Virus record (IMG/VR): IMGVR_UViG_3300040733_000034
Span: 1-50,740 of that record
Length of the DNA: 50,740 nt
Strand: one strand, 5' to 3'
Source of the DNA: a virus
Lineage: Duplodnaviria > Caudoviricetes
A program made the position numbers and the translations under genes. Every line of letters begins with the position of its first letter. The stretch's first letter is position 1. Below are positions 18,334 to 27,523 of this stretch, piece after piece. Under the pieces are notes generated by a model. It ran no database searches, was not told the DNA's origin, and was given only the letters and a program-made list of their open reading frames with translations.

Positions 18334-18912
18334 TTAAATTACATCTTGGTACCTTATCGTTTCCAGCTGCTGGCGCAGCTTCTTGTGCGCCCTGGCCTTG
18401 ATCTGGCATACTCTGCCCTCGCTTATACCCAGGCCCAGGCCGATCTCTTTAAGGCGCAGCTCCCGCCAGTAATATTTCTCAATCACAATGCGGGCGCAAT
18501 AGTCCAGGTGTTCGATAAAGCCGATCAGCTCAATATACTGCGGGTAATCCATCTCAGCTCGGGGATCCAGCACGGTATCGGCATAGGTTTCAGCGCTGTC
18601 AGCAATCGTTGCATCTATTGACACGACCTCGGGCGGTTTAAATTTTGGCCCAGCCCGCACCTGGTCGCTGTTGCCGTGGCGCAGCCGGCGCACCTCGTCG
18701 ATCATGGCCCCGCGTATGCGGAGGTAAGCATAACTTTTAAACGTAGCCTTGCCGGGCCGGTATCTGCAGGCCGCCTCGATCAGCCCGATCATGCCGCACT
18801 GCACTAGATCCTCTCGGTCTATGCAATACGGAAGCCGCCCAAGATTTATGTTATACGCGATCTTTTCGACCATCTCCAGGTGCTCAAGTATAAGCTGCTC
18901 TTTTCCATACAT
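18334..18912 (-). CDS. RNA polymerase sigma factor (FliA/WhiG-like)
   Basis: Region 2 DLVQCGMIGLIEA...FKSYAYLRIRGAMIDEVR; region 4 LKEIGLGLGISEGRVCQIK. Confidence 0.88.
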   Translation of the reverse strand: MYGKEQLILEHLEMVEKIAYNINLGRLPYCIDREDLVQCGMIGLIEAACRYRPGKATFKSYAYLRIRGAMIDEVRRLRHGNSDQVRAGPKFKPPEVVSIDATIADSAETYADTVLDPRAEMDYPQYIELIGFIEHLDYCARIVIEKYYWRELRLKEIGLGLGISEGRVCQIKARAHKKLRQQLETIRYQDVI

Positions 18913-18932
18913 GGCCCTCTCCTGTTCCTAAA

Positions 18933-18954
18933 GCGAAGGGGGGATTCCCTTCGC
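18933..18954 (-). terminator. Hairpin after the major capsid gene (weak terminator or mRNA stabiliser)
   Basis: GCGAAGGG/CCCTTCGC stem followed by TTT on the minus strand. Confidence 0.5.
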
Positions 18955-18956
18955 CC

Positions 18957-19997
18957 TTACGGCAGCACCTTGGCAATAAAGACCGCATCAGCCTGCGGGA
19001 AGGTCGGGAAGGACAGCGCTGCAGCTTTTGTCCAGACAGCAGGCGGCTCAGCCGTGGCGTCTACACAGGCATAAATGCCAGCGGTGTCTTTAGCCTCCAC
19101 ATGGATGTCAAGCAGCGCCTCAGCCGTAGGCCCCATCAGAGTTTCGCCCAGCTCGCCCGGAGGCAGCAGGGTGATCTTGGTGGAATCGTAATAGCGCACT
19201 GTGGAGTAAGTGCCATTTTCAGCCTGCACCCTGGCCCGCTCGTCGTTTGTGATTAAAACGGGCAGGTTCATGCTGCCCAACAGGGTGTTGAGCTGGGCCT
19301 CAGTAACGGCCTGGCTGGCTCCGGCGTCGCCATGAATGAGCTTGCGGATCTGGGCATTTTTCAGCAGGTTGGCCATAACGGTGTTGGAAGTCAGGCCCCT
19401 GGTAGGACGCACTCCGCAGGCGTCGACCACGGTGTTGACCCATGCGATCAGCATAGTAATCGGCTCTGCCAGAGCTTGATCCCAGTCTCCCTCTGCGTCG
19501 TTATGCGCATCCAGGTCGACGATTTGCCCGGAAGGCACTCCAAAGTCTACCGTCATCACCAGGCCATTCTCGGCCAGGGTAAAGCCGCCAGCAGACAGGG
19601 CGTCCATCCTCATTTTTTCGATCCTGGCATATACAGCGGCGATCATATTGTCCAGGTCGTTGTAAAGCTGGTTCTTAACCATATCAACATCACCGGCGCC
19701 GGCCCGTTTCAATGCCAGCAGCTGACGCTCGCCCAGGGGGATCTTACGCTTGATCGGCGGCAGCTCGCCGCTGACTTTTTCAGCTCCGTCACGGCTGGCG
19801 ATCTGGGCCTCAGCACCAAAGGCCTGCAGTGAGGCCATGACCGTGAGCAGGTTCTGAGACTTCCAGTATTCCCAGGTCAGCTCGTTGACTGTTTTAACGG
19901 GGAAAAGGCTCGCTCCGATGAATGTCTGAGGCTGCCTGGCCCTGGCGTAAGCCAGTACCAGCTTGCGCTCGAATTCTTTTAATAGGCTGTCAAGCAT
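18957..19997 (-). CDS. Major capsid protein (phage cap E family)
   Basis: 346 aa after scaffold and decoration genes; LFP..., VDFGVP, GETLMGPTAE, FPTFP motifs. Confidence 0.9.
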   Translation of the reverse strand: MLDSLLKEFERKLVLAYARARQPQTFIGASLFPVKTVNELTWEYWKSQNLLTVMASLQAFGAEAQIASRDGAEKVSGELPPIKRKIPLGERQLLALKRAGAGDVDMVKNQLYNDLDNMIAAVYARIEKMRMDALSAGGFTLAENGLVMTVDFGVPSGQIVDLDAHNDAEGDWDQALAEPITMLIAWVNTVVDACGVRPTRGLTSNTVMANLLKNAQIRKLIHGDAGASQAVTEAQLNTLLGSMNLPVLITNDERARVQAENGTYSTVRYYDSTKITLLPPGELGETLMGPTAEALLDIHVEAKDTAGIYACVDATAEPPAVWTKAAALSFPTFPQADAVFIAKVLP

Positions 19998-20036
19998 TTA
20001 TTTGCACCTCCGTGTAATTATATTTAGTCGTCCGCC

Positions 20037-21098
20037 TTAAGCGAATGTAATGGCTGGCAGGCAGGCCTTGACGTAATCGTCAGGCGCTTCAGGCAGGCGG
20101 GAAGTAATCACCCTGCCGCCGTCGATCCCGGTTACTATCTTGTCGCTGTGGGTAAGCCCGCCGCTCTCGGTAAACTGGCTGCAGAGCACGTCCTCTGCTA
20201 AGAGGCATTTTGGTATTACGTTGGCTGCGGCCCCGTTGGCCAGGACAGTGGCAGCGTCAGCAACAACGGCAGCGGCCCCGGTGCTGTCTCCCTCGTTGGC
20301 AGCGTCGACAAAGGTATTGTCTATAGCAGCATTAACCGCTGCAATGACCTGCGCCGCGGTGCTGGTGATCACTCCGTCCGCCCCGTTAGCTAAAGGAGCA
20401 GCTGCAGCTGCCACAACGGCAGCGGCCCCGGTGCTTGCGCCCGTGTTGGCAGCCTCGACCAGATCCTTGACCAGCAGGGTGTCGTTTACCGCTGCAATTA
20501 CCTGGGCGGCCGTCGAAGTGATCGCGCCCGCTCCGCTTGTGGCCAGGTAAACGCGGATCTCGTCGTTCACCAGCTTGACCTCCAGCGGCTGGTCGTTGCC
20601 GGCCGGATCTATCAGGGCGACCTCGATCGCATTGCCTGCAGTACCGGCTAGTTTTGCAGTCCAGGTGATCGCGTTGTTGTTCCCTACCACTCCGGTGTTC
20701 AGGCTTGCCTGAACCCCTGCGCCGCGGGCAGCATTTACGATCACTGTGTTGTTGGCCACTAATACCTCAAGGGCCTGGCCGTTTATACCGGTGTCAACAA
20801 TAGCAGTCCGGATCGCATTGCCGGCGACCCCGGCCAGTTTAGCCGTCCATAAAATAGCGTTGTTGTTCCCTTCTACTCCGGTAACCCGGGAGGCCTTGAC
20901 GGCCGCCACGTATTTTCTGACCTTGCCTCCGGAGAGGCCTACGATTGTTCCCGCCAGCAGCTTTTTAAGGCCGGTCACCTCGTCCGCACTGATCACGGAC
21001 GCATCGATCGTCAAGCCGCCGCGGATATAGCGCACTTCCTTGCTGTCAAGAAAGCTGATCTGCGCCGGAAAGGTTGTAGTTTTTAAAGCTAGATCCAT
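20037..21098 (-). CDS. Head decoration protein with nested duplicated insertion domain
   Basis: Between scaffold and capsid genes; KKLLAGTIV N-terminus and SRLPEAP C-terminus flank two internal repeat pairs. Confidence 0.75.
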   Translation of the reverse strand: MDLALKTTTFPAQISFLDSKEVRYIRGGLTIDASVISADEVTGLKKLLAGTIVGLSGGKVRKYVAAVKASRVTGVEGNNNAILWTAKLAGVAGNAIRTAIVDTGINGQALEVLVANNTVIVNAARGAGVQASLNTGVVGNNNAITWTAKLAGTAGNAIEVALIDPAGNDQPLEVKLVNDEIRVYLATSGAGAITSTAAQVIAAVNDTLLVKDLVEAANTGASTGAAAVVAAAAAPLANGADGVITSTAAQVIAAVNAAIDNTFVDAANEGDSTGAAAVVADAATVLANGAAANVIPKCLLAEDVLCSQFTESGGLTHSDKIVTGIDGGRVITSRLPEAPDDYVKACLPAITFA

Positions 21099-21119
21099 CC
21101 TTTAGTCCCTCCTTTTGTT

Positions 21120-21848
21120 TTACCCCCTGGCTTTTCCCCAGGGATCAGTTGTTCCGGCAGCTGCCTGCCGTCCCTTGTTTCGTTCCTCGGCCAACTTCCT
21201 GGCGTCCTCTACCGGATCGCCTCCGCCGCCAGCGCCTGGGTTACTGCCGCTGCCGACCGCTCCGCTGCCTCCCTTTTGCCCGACCAGGTGCTTTTTGTTC
21301 TTGGCCAGGGCATCCAGGGCTTCCTTGGCCCCGGTAACCTTCTCGGTCTTGTCGTCGTAGGTTATACTTGAGCGGTCAACCAGGGCCACCGCGTCGTCTG
21401 GATCAATAAATCCCAGGGCGATCGCTTGTACCTTGATCTCGGCGTTGATCAGCATGTTTTGCGCTTTCAGCGTCACGTCCCCAGCCTTTTTTTCAGCCGC
21501 TTCACGTGCTGCCTTTTCCTTTTCCAGCTCGCTTTTACTGGCATCCTGGCTGGCCTTGTGAGCCTTGGCGGCCTCTTGCATGGCCTCGACACTTTCAAAG
21601 CCCAGGTCCTTGGCCAGCTTTTCCTGCTGGGCCTTGCTCTCGGTGTTCAGCCTGCGGTGGAAGTCCTTAGCGTCTTTAAATACTGCAAAAGGCTGGTCAT
21701 TGCTCCCGCTGCCAGCTCCCCCTGCAGCGCCAGCTCCCCCTGTTCCGTCTCCTGCCCCAGCGCCTGCGCCAGATCCGGCGTCATCAAGGCATAAGTGCCG
21801 CCTCATGATCCTGTCCCACTTGTTACGGTATAGGCTCACAAAAAACAT
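21120..21848 (-). CDS. Capsid scaffolding protein
   Basis: Start re-called to ATG at 21848 (GGAGGAGG RBS); Gly-rich linker, coiled coil, KSELEK motif. Confidence 0.85.
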   Translation of the reverse strand: MFFVSLYRNKWDRIMRRHLCLDDAGSGAGAGAGDGTGGAGAAGGAGSGSNDQPFAVFKDAKDFHRRLNTESKAQQEKLAKDLGFESVEAMQEAAKAHKASQDASKSELEKEKAAREAAEKKAGDVTLKAQNMLINAEIKVQAIALGFIDPDDAVALVDRSSITYDDKTEKVTGAKEALDALAKNKKHLVGQKGGSGAVGSGSNPGAGGGGDPVEDARKLAEERNKGRQAAAGTTDPWGKARG

Positions 21849-21960
21849 CTGTTCCCTCCTCCGGGTTTTAGGTCTCCCGTCGACCGTCTCCAGGGTTTTA
21901 AGGCCTCCCAGTCCGGCCACGTGCCTGTTTTCGCCCAGCACTAGGCCCGCCCATGCAGTT

Positions 21961-22194
21961 TTATGACTTGCCGGTGTTCTGGTCATAGCCGATTGCCTTT
22001 TTAGCGCCCGGCTCGTTTATACTTAAGGCCTGTATGCTGTCCATGGTGAGCAGCAGTTGGCCGTCTGTATCTGTAAAGCTCTGGACACCAGCAGCTTGGC
22101 TCTTGTATGTCTCCATCAGCCTGGCAGCCTCTGCGTCCGTCATTGTCCCGTTGATAAATTGGCCGCCTGTCAGCCAAATCAGGTAATCTTTCAC
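21961..22194 (-). CDS. Small hypothetical protein
   Basis: GTG start overlapping upstream TGA; 77 aa. Confidence 0.6.
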   Translation of the reverse strand: MKDYLIWLTGGQFINGTMTDAEAARLMETYKSQAAGVQSFTDTDGQLLLTMDSIQALSINEPGAKKAIGYDQNTGKS

Positions 22195-22553
22195 CAATGC
22201 GACCCCCTGGGTTCGTATTTCCTCCGGTACCACTCCCAAAGCTGTTGATCACTGCTGAATTCAGGCAGATCCCCGGTTACCTGATCCCTGGTCTCGGCGT
22301 TGAATCCCTCCAGCGTCAGGACCTTAAAGGTCAGCACCCCGTCGTCCACAAGGTTGTCGTCCTCGTCCATCCGTTTGCGCTGCCAGGTGAAGCCATCAGG
22401 CGTCTCCGCGATCAGTTCCCCCGTTATGGTGTGCCCCCGCTGGGTGTCGTGAAAGCCGATCCAAGAGTCCCCCCGGACGACACAAACCCCGAGCCACCAA
22501 AATTCAGGCATCTCGGAGTCTGTAACCTTGTATAAAACCTTATTGTCGATCAT
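22191..22553 (-). CDS. Acidic small protein, candidate immunity protein for the MuF toxin domains
   Basis: ATGA overlap with the MuF gene stop; 120 aa, acidic and Trp-rich. Confidence 0.55.
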   Translation of the reverse strand: MIDNKVLYKVTDSEMPEFWWLGVCVVRGDSWIGFHDTQRGHTITGELIAETPDGFTWQRKRMDEDDNLVDDGVLTFKVLTLEGFNAETRDQVTGDLPEFSSDQQLWEWYRRKYEPRGSHW

Positions 22554-25500
22554 ATCTGGCTCCTAGTCCGTACCAGTTTTTCGATTTCAATACCGTTGTA
22601 CTCGTTTATGCCCGCCGCTTTAAGCGCTTTTAACAGAGCCTGCCTTTCGGAATCGGTGTCGCAGTGTATTTCGCGCAGGTGCTCGTTACTGATCCCGCGC
22701 CGGAACATTATCTCGTTCCCTGTGCTGTAGCTGCGCTCAACCTGCTTTATATGGTTTACCGGGCTCAGCCGGTCACTGAAATGCCCGTATGTCTTGCCGA
22801 AGCTGTCAGAGTTGTAAGCGTACCAGTCCAGCCTCTCTAAAGCTTTGGTGTCGTATATCAACCGGTACCCGCCGCCCTTGTAGTGGGCGCCGTAAGAATA
22901 CTTACCCTTGTTGCCTGCTGTTACCAATCGCACAAATGCGCTGTCAGCGCCTCCGCTGCCTTCGTCCGCCCCTTCACTCCCACCGACGTCGAACATTCCG
23001 GACTGGAATCTCTGGATAGAGGACATCAGACCGGGACTTCCCGGTTTAAGCATCTCAACGACTCGGTCAGGCTTGGTCCCCACTCCGGCCCAGAGGTTTA
23101 CAGCCCCTGCCGAATTATATTTCTGGGCAATGCCCTCCTCGACGTAGGTCTTATAGCCCGGAAACACTTCTTTCTCTACCATGGCCATTGCCCTGGCCGG
23201 ATCGGTCATCCTGTCCCGGAGAAACCGCTCCATTTCGGCGACCGTTCTTGTTTCAAAAGCTACCTTGGCCTCATCCTTGGGGAACCGCTGCCAGGCGTAC
23301 AGGTTCAGCCTGTGCAGGTATTCGTCCTCAGCCCTGGGATCCATGGTCACCGGATCCAGGTTCAGCTTCTTTAAAAAGGCCTTTATGTCAGCGGCTGCCT
23401 TGACCCCGTCCTCCTCGTAAACTATAAACTCGCAGTATCCTGTATAAGCCCGCAGGCTTTCACTGGTGACGAAGGTCATTTCGATATTGGATCCCTCGGC
23501 GAGCGCCCAGGCCTCGCCTTTGAGCTTCATCTTGCCGGAGTCCGCTATATAGACCCCTGTATTTTCATCCCGGTGCCCGCGGTAGAACCTGATCCGGCCC
23601 CTTCTCGACCCCAGGGCCTTCATGCTGCTGCCCACATCCTTATGAAAAACCCTTGGCACTTTAAAGTATATCTGGAAGCCCTGGCGCCCGTCTATGCTGA
23701 TCCGGCGCACTGTAATGACCTGGTTTTCCACCATCTTTGCATCTTTTTTCACACCAAAACCCAAAGGATTTTTCACAGCCGCGTCCAGATCGTCGAAAAT
23801 GTCCGGAGTTTTACCAGGTTTTGGTGCCTTGACTTTCCGCGCCGCTTTCAGCTGCTGGATCCTCTCGCCCACTGCCAGGACGGTGTCCGGGATCGTATCC
23901 GGATCCGCCAGTACCTTGACCAGTTCCTCTTTAGTCATGTAGTTGAAATACTTAATATTGCCCTGGTCTGCCGCCATGGTCTTAAGGCTTTTGCTGGTCA
24001 TCTGGTCCAGCTCAAACTTGCTTACGACCTTGGCCGCGATCGGCTGCGCCGACAGTTCCGCAGCTGTGACCTCGTCTAAAAAGCGGAAAGTACCGGTAAA
24101 GCTGGGATCACGCTGTTTTAAAAGTGTCGTGTAAAACTCCCGGTAAGACTCCCGCGCCAGCGCTTTACGCTCGACTATGGCGTTTAAAAGGCCCTCTGCT
24201 TCCGGACCCTTGCCCTTTAGGCTCTCGGCGTAGGATCTGAAAAGCTCTTTATATTCATCGTCCAGGATTGCCTCCAGGCGCTTTAGCGCCGGCAGCACCG
24301 CATTAAGATCCAGGTCTGTCTCATTCTTGGCAAAGGACCGGTATATCGTGTTGTAAAGCGGCTCCTGCTCGCCGTATGCGCTGTTAGGGTGATAGCTATA
24401 TGACATCTTCCAGCTGTTTTTATCAGTCAGGTACCGGAAAGCCTGTTCTTTATCGGCCCCCAGGATCTGGCCGTCCTTGAGCTTTAGGAAGTTGCCGCCG
24501 TGGCTGTCGAAATTACCGATCGTCCAGTCAAGCACGTGCTCCTCCTGGATCCGCTTTATGTCGTCAGCGGGCAGCGTTTGCCAGTTCAGCTTTTTCAGGT
24601 CCCCTAAGACTTCCGGCTCCAGCTTCTGGAGGGTTCCGATCTTGCCCCCGACCTCAACGGCTTTAACTTCCAGCACGTTCTCAGCCGCATAAATCTTGCG
24701 GCCCAAAACACTGGCGGCCTCCTGTACATGCGCCCGGAAAGGCTCCGGCGTATAACCTCCCTTTGTGATGGCAGGCTTAAATATGTAATTTCCTCCCTGG
24801 GCGTCCGTGTAAATATGTTTTTGCCCGGCACCTCCCAGGTAAGACCCGGATCCCTTATAAGTCAGCTGGTCAACCGGTGGGATCGCACTCTTGACTGCCG
24901 GCAGCGGCTCAAGTTCGACCCGTTTGGGGATTATCGGAGGCTCTGACGGCGCCACAGGGATCACCCCGGCCTTTTGCAGGTCCGCGACCAGCTTGGACTC
25001 GGCGCTCTTTTTGGCTGCGGCAAACTGGTCGTCAAGGCTCTCTTTTGTGCCCAGCTCTGCCTCCAGCTTGGCGATCTCGGCGTCCAGATCCAGGTAAAGG
25101 CCGTAAGCGTGCCTACAGTTCGGGTGGAACAAGCCGGCGCCCTTGGCGCTGGCCAGGCTGCTGTGAGTCTGGTCGTTACCCGAAATAGAAAGGACTTCCC
25201 CCTGCCACGGCAGGCACTTGGGGCAGGGCTTTATATGGGTGCTCACCTTAATCAGGTCGTGGCCATTCTCCTGCAGTCTGTTGGCCGTCCCCAGGAGGTG
25301 GGCCTCCATGGTCGTGGTCCTGGCCACCATTTTGCTGTATGTGGTCATGTTCCACTCCCGGCCCTTAACATCTTGAAAGCCCGTGACCCCGTTGTCAGCC
25401 AGCCGCTCTCTGTAGTGCCTGGCCACCTGCTGCCATGACTCGTAGCCAACCGCTGTCCCGCGAACAGAAACCAGGGCCATGGCTCTGTATATGTCGTCAG

Positions 25501-26095
25501 CCTGCCGGCCGATTACCCGGGTAACATCAGCCAGCTTGGAGTAAGTGTTTTCAGCCAGGACCTTGACCGCCTGCTGGTGCACCTGACCAAATCCGGCCGT
25601 TATAGTCTTGACTCCCAGGAGCTTGGTCTGCAGGTCTGCAGTGAAGGCGCCGGAATAATAGAGCGCTGCCAGGTCCTTGTCGCACCAGTTTTTTGTGCCC
25701 TTCAAGAGTTCTGACTGGATCGCCTGGACGTTTTGCTGCATGGCCTTTAAATAGTCCAGGTTATTGCCCTTTAAAAGCCCCTTGTTGATTGCCTTTAAAA
25801 TGTCGGACTCTGCATCCTTGTAAAGGTCCACCAGATTGATGATCTTTTTGTCGGCCAGCATCACGGCAGCAGTTTCCGGGTTGTAAACCTTGAGGAATTC
25901 CCCTACCTTTATGCCCTTGCCCAGGAATTGCTCGATCCCCAGCTCGTCAAGGGTATATTTATTAAACAGGTTGAAGCTCCCCATGTCCTGGCTGATGAAT
26001 TTATCAAATGATTCATCCATCCCGACAAAGCCGGAAGCCTTAAGAAGGTTAAGCCATTCCTGTGTTACTTTGAGCTTTCGTGCCGGATCTGCCAT
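22550..26095 (-). CDS. MuF-type minor capsid protein fused to kinase-like and putative ADP-ribosyltransferase domains
   Basis: After portal; minor-capsid motifs GREWNMTTYSKMVART, PCPKCLPWQG, GLFHPNCRH; DWTIGNFDSHGGNF kinase-like loop; C-terminal GLMSS/AFVRL/NEIMF. Confidence 0.85.
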   Translation of the reverse strand: MADPARKLKVTQEWLNLLKASGFVGMDESFDKFISQDMGSFNLFNKYTLDELGIEQFLGKGIKVGEFLKVYNPETAAVMLADKKIINLVDLYKDAESDILKAINKGLLKGNNLDYLKAMQQNVQAIQSELLKGTKNWCDKDLAALYYSGAFTADLQTKLLGVKTITAGFGQVHQQAVKVLAENTYSKLADVTRVIGRQADDIYRAMALVSVRGTAVGYESWQQVARHYRERLADNGVTGFQDVKGREWNMTTYSKMVARTTTMEAHLLGTANRLQENGHDLIKVSTHIKPCPKCLPWQGEVLSISGNDQTHSSLASAKGAGLFHPNCRHAYGLYLDLDAEIAKLEAELGTKESLDDQFAAAKKSAESKLVADLQKAGVIPVAPSEPPIIPKRVELEPLPAVKSAIPPVDQLTYKGSGSYLGGAGQKHIYTDAQGGNYIFKPAITKGGYTPEPFRAHVQEAASVLGRKIYAAENVLEVKAVEVGGKIGTLQKLEPEVLGDLKKLNWQTLPADDIKRIQEEHVLDWTIGNFDSHGGNFLKLKDGQILGADKEQAFRYLTDKNSWKMSYSYHPNSAYGEQEPLYNTIYRSFAKNETDLDLNAVLPALKRLEAILDDEYKELFRSYAESLKGKGPEAEGLLNAIVERKALARESYREFYTTLLKQRDPSFTGTFRFLDEVTAAELSAQPIAAKVVSKFELDQMTSKSLKTMAADQGNIKYFNYMTKEELVKVLADPDTIPDTVLAVGERIQQLKAARKVKAPKPGKTPDIFDDLDAAVKNPLGFGVKKDAKMVENQVITVRRISIDGRQGFQIYFKVPRVFHKDVGSSMKALGSRRGRIRFYRGHRDENTGVYIADSGKMKLKGEAWALAEGSNIEMTFVTSESLRAYTGYCEFIVYEEDGVKAAADIKAFLKKLNLDPVTMDPRAEDEYLHRLNLYAWQRFPKDEAKVAFETRTVAEMERFLRDRMTDPARAMAMVEKEVFPGYKTYVEEGIAQKYNSAGAVNLWAGVGTKPDRVVEMLKPGSPGLMSSIQRFQSGMFDVGGSEGADEGSGGADSAFVRLVTAGNKGKYSYGAHYKGGGYRLIYDTKALERLDWYAYNSDSFGKTYGHFSDRLSPVNHIKQVERSYSTGNEIMFRRGISNEHLREIHCDTDSERQALLKALKAAGINEYNGIEIEKLVRTRSQI

Positions 26096-26098
26096 GCC

Positions 26099-27523
26099 CT
26101 ACTCCTCATCGTCTCCGTCATCGTCTCCGTCAGGGTTAGGAACCACTGGGCTCTTTTGCTCCTCTTTGATTGCCTTGATTTCGTCCTCCAGTGCTTTGCC
26201 CTCCAGGCCGTCCAGGCGCTGCAGAGCTGCTTTAAGGCTGGTCAGCCCGGCTGTCTTTCTGCTCATTTCAATGTCGGCCTGCTCCTTCGGATCTGCCGGC
26301 AGGCCGTCCGCCCAGACGATCCTCGGCGCCTTCGGCTCATATGACCCCGATCCCTTGGTCACGTCCAACACCTGGGCTATATAGACGGCTGTCTTGATCG
26401 CCTCGTCAAAATACAGCTTTTTCCGGTTTACTTTTGCAAGTGTCCGGATCATCTTATATTTGAGCGCCCGCCCAGACTCAGCAGTGCCGCCCTTGTCCAG
26501 ACCAAAAGCAGCCGGCGCGATCTCAGAGCACATCATCATGATCTCCAGGTACTTCTCCAGCTCCTTGAAAGCGGCGTCAAAAGAGGCATCCCAGACCAGG
26601 TAACGGGGCAGATCCCCGACCTCCGCGGCGTTGACCTCCATGCACTGCAGATCCTCTTTTTCGATATAATAGCGCTTGTTTGCAGGATCCAGCTTCATTG
26701 ACCCAGGCGGCAGGATCAGCTTGGGATCGCTGTGCTTATCCAGGATCCGGTCGATCCGGGAGAGCCGGTTGTTGGTACCGTCGAAAAGGCTTTCCATGTC
26801 ATGGTAGTCGGAGATCCCCCAGAACATATCATCAAGGCGCCAGTTGGGCACGTGGGTTACTAAAAGCCCTGGATATCCGGTTTCGACCAATTCCTCAACC
26901 TCGGCGTATTCCGGAAAGGTTGAAAGCGGCACTTGCGTTTTAAGCTCCCCGTCCTTGAGCTTCCAAAGCTCGTTTATGATCTGGCCGGGCTTGTGGATTT
27001 CTTTGCGTATATAGGTGTCGTCCCCCAGTTTCTTCTCCCAGGCCAGGGTGCATCCGGTCATTTCCTGGATATTGTCCCCGTTCAGCTCAGGAAAAAAGTA
27101 GTCAGGCGGCTGGCTTTCGATAATCGGCAGCATGTCGGTGTCCCAGGCGTGCAGCTTGCCCAGCCTGTTCTTTATGCAGACGTCTCCGCGCCAGCTGTTG
27201 GATAGCCCCATCTCGTAAAGCCTGGGCAGCATTTTGTTGTTCGTCCAAATAGCGTCAACGGCCATCTGCTCTTTGCTGTCCGGCTCTCCAACAACCACTT
27301 TTAATTGCTCGCCGAAAAGCAAGTCCGCGCATATCTTTGAGATAAGCCCGGCATAGTTGCAGACGATATAAATTATTGACTTGTCGGCCTCGCGGTCCAG
27401 AAAGTTCTGGATCCTCTTGAATACGTCATGGTGCTGTCCCTTAAAGAGCAGCCTGTTTTTTGCGTATCCTTCCCGCCTGGCGCTGTGCCCCTCTGGCGGC
27501 CATTTATCAGCCATACTTACCAC
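26099..27523 (-). CDS. Portal protein (SPP1 gp6/A118-like)
   Basis: 474 aa after terminase; WGISDY and ESGRALK motifs. Confidence 0.92.
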   Translation of the reverse strand: MVSMADKWPPEGHSARREGYAKNRLLFKGQHHDVFKRIQNFLDREADKSIIYIVCNYAGLISKICADLLFGEQLKVVVGEPDSKEQMAVDAIWTNNKMLPRLYEMGLSNSWRGDVCIKNRLGKLHAWDTDMLPIIESQPPDYFFPELNGDNIQEMTGCTLAWEKKLGDDTYIRKEIHKPGQIINELWKLKDGELKTQVPLSTFPEYAEVEELVETGYPGLLVTHVPNWRLDDMFWGISDYHDMESLFDGTNNRLSRIDRILDKHSDPKLILPPGSMKLDPANKRYYIEKEDLQCMEVNAAEVGDLPRYLVWDASFDAAFKELEKYLEIMMMCSEIAPAAFGLDKGGTAESGRALKYKMIRTLAKVNRKKLYFDEAIKTAVYIAQVLDVTKGSGSYEPKAPRIVWADGLPADPKEQADIEMSRKTAGLTSLKAALQRLDGLEGKALEDEIKAIKEEQKSPVVPNPDGDDDGDDEE

